Source: an uncultured Thermodesulfobacteriota bacterium (lineage in GTDB: Bacteria; Desulfobacterota; Anaeroferrophillalia; Anaeroferrophillales; Anaeroferrophillaceae). From it: a DNA stretch of 64,000 nucleotides. Under the pieces are notes generated by a model, which searched no databases, had not been told where the DNA came from, and was given only the letters and a program-made list of their open reading frames with translations. This document shows, one piece after another, positions 57,704 through 64,000 of this stretch. The DNA is taken from contig CAYZIS010000009.1 in assembly GCA_964478545.1 (NCBI GenBank), positions 2,070 through 66,069 of the forward strand, written 5' to 3'. Positions within the stretch are counted from its first letter, which is position 1. Each line of letters opens with the position of its first letter. Position numbers and translations under genes: made by a program.

Positions 57704-59020
57704 TTACCGGCCAGGGTTGTCGTCTCCATCCTGGTGGCATTCAGCAATTTTCTGTAGCAGGGATGTTTTTTTCTCCTCGCTGTTGCCGGGGTCACTACCA
57801 ATTGCCAAAGGTTCTGTTGGCTGGTGGGAAGCCGGCAGGTTCCCCAGCAGGGATTCAGCTGGTTGCCGCCCTGAACCGGCAGCATCAAGAAAACCGCCTG
57901 AGGTATCGACACTATCATCCAGCGGAATTTCAGGAATTTCCACGGAGGGATCAACAATCTTCTCGGACTCGGCAGGAATCTTAGTTGCTGTCGTTCTCTG
58001 CAGTTTTGATGATGGGGTGGTAGGTGGTGGGCTGTTTGGTCTAAGTGTTTCTGGCCGTCTTTCCCCTCCGGTCGATGCTGGACGGGGGATTCTACGCCTG
58101 GTCGGTTCTTTTGCTGCCGCTTTTTTTGCCATTTCTCTGGCGGCGGGTACCGGCTCTCGCGCTTTTGCCATCGCTTCGGCCGCCCCTTGGAGCTGATAAT
58201 ACACTCCCCGGAGATAATTCTGGGTCTGAAACTGCGGGGCAATGCCACCCAGGGATTCAGAACCACCGATAATCAGATAGCCATCCCGGGCCAGTACCTG
58301 ACCAAGTTTCTGGAACAGTTTTCTTTTGTCATTCCCGGTAAAATAAATAGCAACGTTGCGGCAAAAAACAATATCAAAATTACCCAGCCCGGCATAAGAA
58401 TCCATAAGGTTGAATTTTTTAAAGACGGCCAGGGAGCGGATTTCATCCTTGATTTTCCAGCCACCGGCAGCCGGAGTAAAATAGCGCTGCAGGGGGGTTT
58501 TCGGCAAGCCCCGTTCAATCTCGAAGTTACCATACATACCGTAGCTGGCCTTGGCCACCGCTTCGTCGGAAATATCCGTTCCCAGGAGGGTAATATCATA
58601 ATCTGAGAGGTCGCCCAGAGCCTCCAGCAGAGAGATGGCAATACTATACACCTCCTGGCCGGTAGAGCAGGCAGCGCTCCAGATCCGTAACTTGGTTTTT
58701 CCCTGTCTACTGGTAGCTGTACGCCGGTCAACCAAGTCGGGAATAATTTTATTTTTCAGCAGTTCAAAGGGTTTATTATCACGGAAAAAGAGGGTTTCAT
58801 TGGTGGAAATGGCATTGACAACCTCTTTATCCAGCTGTCTGGAGGTATCGGTCTTGGCCCGATAGTAGAGGTCCATAAAAGAACTGCAGCCATAGGAATC
58901 CAACAGAGGATTCAACCGGGTTTCCAGCAAATAGCCTTTGCTCTGATCCAGATAAATACCTGAAATATTATAGATATATTTGGCCAGCAGCTCGATTTCT
59001 TCAGCCGTTATTTTTGCCAT
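57704..59020 (-). CDS. cheR: Chemotaxis protein methyltransferase CheR with a roughly 160-aa disordered Pro/Ala/Thr-rich C-terminal extension
   Basis: CheR N-terminal helical domain plus SAM-MTase (RIWSAACSTGQEVYSIA). The tail AKAREPVPAAREMAKKAAAKEPTRRRIPRPASTGG... is low complexity. Confidence 0.8.
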   Translation of the reverse strand: MAKITAEEIELLAKYIYNISGIYLDQSKGYLLETRLNPLLDSYGCSSFMDLYYRAKTDTSRQLDKEVVNAISTNETLFFRDNKPFELLKNKIIPDLVDRRTATSRQGKTKLRIWSAACSTGQEVYSIAISLLEALGDLSDYDITLLGTDISDEAVAKASYGMYGNFEIERGLPKTPLQRYFTPAAGGWKIKDEIRSLAVFKKFNLMDSYAGLGNFDIVFCRNVAIYFTGNDKRKLFQKLGQVLARDGYLIIGGSESLGGIAPQFQTQNYLRGVYYQLQGAAEAMAKAREPVPAAREMAKKAAAKEPTRRRIPRPASTGGERRPETLRPNSPPPTTPSSKLQRTTATKIPAESEKIVDPSVEIPEIPLDDSVDTSGGFLDAAGSGRQPAESLLGNLPASHQPTEPLAIGSDPGNSEEKKTSLLQKIAECHQDGDDNPGR

Positions 59021-59023
59021 TAT

Positions 59024-60145
59024 TTAACCATGCACCGTTTTAACTATCTCACTGGCGATCCCCCCCAGGGAGGCCACCACATCCACCAAGCCAGCTTCAG
59101 CAACAGCCTTGGGCATACCGTAAACCACACAGGTATCCGCATTCTGGGCAATACTCACTGCCCCGGCACTTTTCAAATCTTGCAGTCCCAGTTTGCCGTC
59201 CGCCCCCATCCCGGTCATAATTACCCCGGTGGTCTTGGAACCGTACTCCCGGGCCACTGAACGGAAAAGGTAATCGACCGATGGCTTGCAGTTGTTTTCT
59301 GGTGGCTCATCGGTAATCCGAAGGATTTTACTGTGAACATCGGTACCACTGGCCACTTTCATCTGGCTGCCACCAGGGGCGATATAAATGGTATTTTTTT
59401 TCACCAGCTCGCCATTTACCGCCTCTTTCACCTCCAGGGCACATTTTTTATCCAAGCTGGCGGCCAGGGATTTGGTAAAAATCGGCGGCATATGCTGAAC
59501 AATAAGCACCGGAACTCCCAAATCAGCGGGAAGTTTTGGCAGCATGACAGTCAGGGCATTAGGCCCACCGGTGGAAATACCGATAGCCACTACGGTTGAT
59601 TTTTCAACCCGTTTCACCCGGGCCTTGGTCTGTTGAAGAACTTCAGTTGCTACTCCTGGTTTACGTATTCTTTCCCGTGCAGGAACCACAGGCCGCTTTC
59701 CCCGCAGCAGACGGCGCAATTGACTCTGCTGTCCAAAGACCTTCAATCGCCGGGAAAGCTCCTTCTGGATATACGCAAGATTTTCTTCGGGAGTATCCAG
59801 ATCAGGCTTAAGCACAAAATCAAATGCACCCAACTCAAGGGCCTTCATGGTTATCTCGCCACCCTGTTCGGTGAGTGAACTAAACATCAGACATTCCACT
59901 TCCAACTTTTCCTGCTGGATGGCCACCAGGGTTTCGAGGCCGTTCATCACCGGCATTTCCACATCCAGGGTTACCAGGTCCGGTTTCAGGGATTTGATCC
60001 GGGACAAGGCAATCTTCCCATTATTGGCCATTCCCACAACCTCAACTCCGGGGATGGTTTTCAATACGTCACCAATAATTTTCCGGTACATGATCGTATC
60101 ATCAACCACCAAAACTTTAATATTCATGTATTTCACCATACACAT
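59024..60145 (-). CDS. cheB: Chemotaxis response regulator protein-glutamate methylesterase CheB (likely start MNIKVLVVDD)
   Basis: Receiver domain plus methylesterase (GISTGGP, HMPPIFT, GMGADG). Confidence 0.85.
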   Translation of the reverse strand: MCMVKYMNIKVLVVDDTIMYRKIIGDVLKTIPGVEVVGMANNGKIALSRIKSLKPDLVTLDVEMPVMNGLETLVAIQQEKLEVECLMFSSLTEQGGEITMKALELGAFDFVLKPDLDTPEENLAYIQKELSRRLKVFGQQSQLRRLLRGKRPVVPARERIRKPGVATEVLQQTKARVKRVEKSTVVAIGISTGGPNALTVMLPKLPADLGVPVLIVQHMPPIFTKSLAASLDKKCALEVKEAVNGELVKKNTIYIAPGGSQMKVASGTDVHSKILRITDEPPENNCKPSVDYLFRSVAREYGSKTTGVIMTGMGADGKLGLQDLKSAGAVSIAQNADTCVVYGMPKAVAEAGLVDVVASLGGIASEIVKTVHG

Positions 60146-60190
60146 AGGGTTACATAATAATATCGCAGTTAAAACCGAAGGACACCACCT

Positions 60191-60682
60191 TCATCCATTC
60201 TCTCCCTTCTTCTCTGTCAGCACGGCACCTACATCCAGGATGCTGATCAAAGAATCCTGCAACTTGCAGGCACCGCTGAAAAACGTCCCTTTCTGAATAT
60301 CAATATTGGCCGGAGGCGGAGTAATCTGTGAAGCAACGATGGTCACCACATCCTTAATCCCATCCACCAGCAGGCCGATATATTCATCATCATAATTGAC
60401 GATGATCACCCGGCTTTTACCGCCCATGGAGCAAGGAGTCAATCCCAGTTTTTTACCTAAGTTGATCACCGTAACAATGCGGCCGCGCAGATTCATGATC
60501 CCCACCACGTAGTCAGGTGAGAGGGGGACCTGGGTAAGATCAAGATTTCGGTTAATTTCCTGCACCCATTTAATATCGATGCCATAGAGCAGCTCATCGA
60601 TGATAAAACAGGCAAGCTGCATGGCATCATCAGCTGCCGGTTTTCCCGCCTCGGCCTGGGAGGTCTGGTTATTTCCAGCCAT
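60191..60682 (-). CDS. cheW: Chemotaxis coupling protein CheW
   Basis: VVGIMNLRGRIVTVINL is the CheW signature. Length 163 aa. Confidence 0.85.
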   Translation of the reverse strand: MAGNNQTSQAEAGKPAADDAMQLACFIIDELLYGIDIKWVQEINRNLDLTQVPLSPDYVVGIMNLRGRIVTVINLGKKLGLTPCSMGGKSRVIIVNYDDEYIGLLVDGIKDVVTIVASQITPPPANIDIQKGTFFSGACKLQDSLISILDVGAVLTEKKGENG

Positions 60683-60715
60683 GAAAATTTCTCCTTTTCA
60701 AATTTGGTTAACCAT

Positions 60716-60882
60716 CAAGCGTAAATTAAGCTATTAGCTTTTAGCAGTTAGCTATTAGTTTAATGATTACAAAATGTTTAGCATGACAAACTTTCACCCG
60801 TTGGGTGTTATTTTCCATAAACGTAAGCCCCTGATTTTCAAAGCTAAACGCTAATGGCTAACGGTTCATCGCTTAACTTGCG
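60716..60882. mobile_element. MITE-like element, family A copy 4 (about 167 bp), between the MCP stop and the cheW start
   Basis: Left arm 60716-60765 is the inverse of the right arm 60830-60882. Confidence 0.5.
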
Positions 60883-62994
60883 TCAAACCGTAAACTGCCT
60901 CATAAGTTCCTTCAATTTTTCTGCCAGCTGGCTCAATTCCTCAGCACTCTGGCGCACCTGGGCACTGGAATTGCTCATCTCACTGGCCGATTCATTGACA
61001 TCGGCAATATCCCGGGCGATGGTCCCTGACACCTCGGTGGTCTGGGACAAATTCTCATTCACTTCAGTAATCCCCTGGGAAGTCTGGGCAATATTTTCGG
61101 CAATCTCCTGGGTAGTGGAGGCCTGCTGTTCCACCGCCGTAGCAATAGTCGAAACAATACCGTCAACTTCATCGTTAATCCGGGAAATTTCCTTGATTTC
61201 GGTTACTGTGTCCCCGGTTGAATCCTGGATTCCCTTAATCTTGGCGGCAATCTCGCCGGTAGCTGACGCCGTCTGCTGGGCCAGGTCTTTGATCTCGTTG
61301 GCCACCACCGCAAAACCTTTGCCAGCCTCGCCGGCCCGGGCCGCCTCAATGGTGGCATTAAGGGCAAGGAGGTTGGTTTGGGAGGAGATGTCGTTGATGG
61401 TTTCCGTCACTTTACCGATTTCCTGGGCCGCCTTCCCCAGTTCATCAATTCTTTCAGTAGCGCTCTGGCCCTGAGCCACCGCCTGGTTAGTAATTTCCTT
61501 GGCGGTTTCGGCATTTTTGGCAATCTCACCGATGGTGGCACTCATCTCCTCACTACCGGAGACCACTGTATTGACGTTGACCGCTGCCTGCTCCATGGCC
61601 GCCGCCACCGAACTCATATTAGCATTCATCTTTTCAGTAGCGGTAGCCACATTATTGGCCTTGCCGGCAGTATTGTCCGCCCCGGTCGCCAACTGGCCGG
61701 AAATAGCATTCAACTCGGTGGAGGAGGAAGCCGTAGTTTCCACCCCATCCATGATATCACGAATCATGCTTTTCAAAGCCTGCCCCATCTTATTGAGGGC
61801 TGTAATCAAAGCACCGATCTCATCCCGCTGCTTAACAACCAATTCGGTGGTAAAATCCCCGGTGGCCATGGTTTCGGCAAACTTAACTCCCCGATTTAAG
61901 GGTCCGACAATCCCCCGGGTAATGAAGATCCCCAGGACCAGAGCCAGGGCCACGCCCCCGGCAACCATCATGGCCACCAGCCAGAGGGCCGAGCTGGCGG
62001 TTTTTTTACTGCCGGCCACCGCCGTCTGCATCTCTTGAGCAAACGTCGATACCACGGTGTCCAGTGAGTTATCCATGGTTTTTACCGTTTCCAAGAAACC
62101 CTGGAGATCGAGATACTGTTCGGTCTTGAGCGAATCATATTCTTCCTCGACGTATTCCTGCAACTCGTTGAAGCTGTTCGTTAAAGCCTCAATCCGGGTT
62201 TCGGTGACCATGGTCAGCATCATTTTGCGCTGATCCACCGGCACGGCCATAACCGTCTTACCCATCTCGTACAAATTGCCATTAGCTTCTTTACAGGCAG
62301 TCAACAACTCCATCAGCTCTTCTTCATCGCTCTGATAATCAGCCAGCCAGCGGCTAAACTCACTCTCTTCCGGTTCAATCAAACCGGAAAAATCGGCTTG
62401 ATAAGACTGAACCGTTTTCTGCAGAGCAGCCAACCACTGGCTGTTGACATCCTTCACATGATAGATAAAAGCCGGCAGGGTGTAATGGACATCATCAAGA
62501 ACAAAACTAAACGCTCTCAATATCTCGCATAAAGGCACAATCGCTTCTGCCTGTTTATTCACTTTCTGCAGCCCCTGGCGCAAGGAGGCCACCTGTTTCT
62601 GCACCGCAGGGCCGGCCTTCTGCACCACGATGTCCATCTTATCATGGACATACATCTTGCCGACGGCACTGTTTTTAAATTTTTGGCTTTCAGTACCAAA
62701 TTCAAACATGGAAAGCCATATGTTGAAATTTTCCAGCCATTTGGCAATATCCACTTCTATCTGCTTCAAACTGTCATCAGCTCCCAGCAGTTCGTGCATA
62801 CTCTGAATCACCTGGCCCAGCGTAATTTTTGCTTCCATGGCGACGTCTTTGGATGGCACCTTTTCTTCAACCACCATCTGGCTGTTCCTGGACACCTTTT
62901 TAACCATAAATACCCCGGTTACCCCAACAATGGTCACCAGGACGGCCATGAGCAAAAAAGCTCCCAACAATTTTTTAGCAATAGTTAATTTCAT
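60883..62994 (-). CDS. mcp: Methyl-accepting chemotaxis protein (N-terminal TM, roughly 300-aa periplasmic sensor, HAMP, MA signalling domain)
   Basis: Conserved MCP hairpin tip ([38 protein letters not shown]). Length 703 aa. Confidence 0.85.
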   Translation of the reverse strand: MKLTIAKKLLGAFLLMAVLVTIVGVTGVFMVKKVSRNSQMVVEEKVPSKDVAMEAKITLGQVIQSMHELLGADDSLKQIEVDIAKWLENFNIWLSMFEFGTESQKFKNSAVGKMYVHDKMDIVVQKAGPAVQKQVASLRQGLQKVNKQAEAIVPLCEILRAFSFVLDDVHYTLPAFIYHVKDVNSQWLAALQKTVQSYQADFSGLIEPEESEFSRWLADYQSDEEELMELLTACKEANGNLYEMGKTVMAVPVDQRKMMLTMVTETRIEALTNSFNELQEYVEEEYDSLKTEQYLDLQGFLETVKTMDNSLDTVVSTFAQEMQTAVAGSKKTASSALWLVAMMVAGGVALALVLGIFITRGIVGPLNRGVKFAETMATGDFTTELVVKQRDEIGALITALNKMGQALKSMIRDIMDGVETTASSSTELNAISGQLATGADNTAGKANNVATATEKMNANMSSVAAAMEQAAVNVNTVVSGSEEMSATIGEIAKNAETAKEITNQAVAQGQSATERIDELGKAAQEIGKVTETINDISSQTNLLALNATIEAARAGEAGKGFAVVANEIKDLAQQTASATGEIAAKIKGIQDSTGDTVTEIKEISRINDEVDGIVSTIATAVEQQASTTQEIAENIAQTSQGITEVNENLSQTTEVSGTIARDIADVNESASEMSNSSAQVRQSAEELSQLAEKLKELMRQFTV

Positions 62995-63091
62995 CTTTCC
63001 GCTCCTGCACTATTGTTTATTTCCAGCAACACGGGAAATTAAAATATAATTTTCATCACCATGAAGAACTTGGAAAGCACGAAGCCACCCA

Positions 63092-64000
63092 TCAAAGTTT
63101 AAACCGGTTCATCAACCCATTCAATTCCGCCGACAGCTGCTTTAAGCCTTCGGCGCTTTGGCGCACCTGGGCGCTGGCATTGCTCATGGACCCAGCCGCC
63201 TCATTCACTTCGGCAATTTCCTGGGCTATGGTTCCGGAAACCTCTGTGGTCTGGGCCACATTTTCATTCACCTCCCCAATCCCCCCGGAAGTCTGGGCAA
63301 TATTTTCGGCAATCTCTTTAGTCGTGGCTGATTGTTCTTCCACAGCGGCAGAAATGATGGCTACAATTTCATCCACTTCCTTGTTGATCCGGGCAATCTC
63401 ATTGATCTCGGTCACCGTAGCATCAGTGGAATCCTGGATTCCCTTGATTTTGGCAGCAATCTCACCGGTGGCCGATGCCGTCTGTTGGGCTAGATCTTTA
63501 ATCTCGTTGGCTACCACCGCAAAACCTTTCCCCGCCTCACCGGCCCGAGCCGCCTCGATGGTGGCATTGAGAGCCAAAAGATTGGTCTGGGAAGAAATGG
63601 CGTTGATGGTTTCGGTCACCTGGCCGATTTCCTGGGCCGCATGGCCTAATTCATCAATACGGCTGGCCGCTGTTTCACCCTGAGCCACCGCCTGATCGGT
63701 GATGTTTTTGGCCTGTCCGGTATTCTTGGCAATCTCGGCAATAGTGGCCGTCATCTCTTCAGTACCGGAAGCAACGGTAGTAACATTGGTCGATGCCTGT
63801 TCCATGGCTGCGGCCACCGTACTCATGTTGCTGTTCATTTCTTCGGCAGCGGTGGCTACCCCGGTAGCCTTGGTCGCCATCTGATCCGCTCCGGCTGCCT
63901 GCTGCCCGGCGAGAGAATCAAGACTGTCGGCCTCCCGAGACAGGTTTTCAAAGCCCTTGACCATGCGCCGCAGCATTTTCTGCAGATTTTCAATAAAGGC
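63092..64000 (-). CDS. mcp: Methyl-accepting chemotaxis protein, C-terminal part (the gene continues beyond the window end)
   Basis: Near-identical signalling domain to the upstream MCP. The ORF is open at 64000. Confidence 0.8.
   Translation of the reverse strand, partial: AFIENLQKMLRRMVKGFENLSREADSLDSLAGQQAAGADQMATKATGVATAAEEMNSNMSTVAAAMEQASTNVTTVASGTEEMTATIAEIAKNTGQAKNITDQAVAQGETAASRIDELGHAAQEIGQVTETINAISSQTNLLALNATIEAARAGEAGKGFAVVANEIKDLAQQTASATGEIAAKIKGIQDSTDATVTEINEIARINKEVDEIVAIISAAVEEQSATTKEIAENIAQTSGGIGEVNENVAQTTEVSGTIAQEIAEVNEAAGSMSNASAQVRQSAEGLKQLSAELNGLMNRFKL

Noticed and set aside
60854-62038. Plus-strand ORFs (206, 173 and 179 aa) within the MCP gene, and a similar one at 63180-63683
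   Set aside because: They are antisense to MCP coiled-coil coding sequence, which characteristically yields long Ala/Ser/Val-rich shadow ORFs.
60883-63976. Two MCP genes with near-identical signalling-domain DNA considered as a recent tandem duplication or repeat
   Set aside because: MCP signalling domains are highly conserved generally. The N-terminal sensor regions differ, so these are best treated as ordinary paralogues. It is only a note-worthy recombination substrate.

Overview
The window looks like a 64-kb chromosomal segment from an anaerobe. Two c-type multihaem cytochromes, rubredoxin/rubrerythrin/flavodoxin, 2-oxoacid:ferredoxin oxidoreductase, selenocysteine usage and chemotaxis genes point to a Desulfobacterota-like (sulfate-reducer-type) organism; that taxonomy is inference only.

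Layout, left to right:
- 1-4.1 kb: a selenium-associated cluster on the minus strand, from yedE down to a porin. The genes are yedE, yedF (TusA-like), a DUF3343 protein, a YjeF-C dehydratase, a DUF1858 protein, tRNA-Sec (selC) and a porin.
- 4.3-5.0 kb: a decayed hybrid histidine-kinase remnant.
- 5.0-12.8 kb: mgtC, then a sulfur/Fe-S block (cysK, nifU, nifS, cysE, a core-MetE-like gene) and an octahaem HAO-like cytochrome c.
- About 12.8-26.75 kb: a defence island bounded by an identical 18-bp direct repeat. Gene fragments (a phoB-like 5' end and a pstB 3' end) sit at its left edge and an IS3 orfA remnant at its right edge. It has inserted into the 3' end of an MFS transporter gene.
- Inside the island is a Type I restriction-modification (RM) locus:
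  - the locus genes are a half-size hsdS, hsdM, a full hsdS carrying an in-frame TAG, hsdR and an M48-like peptidase;
  - passenger cassettes in the locus are a frameshifted GxxExxY/PDDEXK_3 gene, two rhuM-family genes and dinD;
  - the most interesting part is a three-gene module between hsdS and hsdR that reads as a CBASS-like anti-phage system. It comprises a 2-TM beta-rich effector, a cGAS/DncV-like nucleotidyltransferase, and a UBC/E2-like protein with a SEC-C motif.
- Within the island, a small palindromic element (family R) recurs at five sites: at gene junctions, and once in-frame inside hsdR (147 bp with inverted ends).
- 26.7-40 kb, mostly minus strand:
  - redox/oxidative-stress genes: an MFS transporter, yjbQ, flavodoxin, rubredoxin, a monohaem cytochrome c, a rubrerythrin-like protein, a small Cys-rich protein and a SagB-type dehydrogenase;
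  - metabolic and other genes: korAB, a P460-like cytochrome, DUF3786, a YyaL thioredoxin-domain protein and ferritin;
  - a glutaredoxin-like selenoprotein (in-frame UGA at a UxxC site followed by a SECIS-like hairpin).
- 40-57 kb: housekeeping and miscellaneous genes (trmH, pilZ, AIM24, radical SAM, pyk, traB, galE, ygiQ, cyclophilin, TPM/LemA, and others).
- 57.7-64 kb: a chemotaxis cluster (cheR, cheB, cheW, and two methyl-accepting chemotaxis protein (MCP) genes, the last running off the window).

Three further intergenic repeat families were found:
- a MITE-like element of about 160 bp with TIRs of about 45 bp, at four loci;
- a long palindromic element of about 150 bp, at three loci;
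- a GCGCCAAAAAGCGCTGA...CCGG element of about 60-75 nt, at three loci.

No CRISPR array and no rRNA genes were seen.
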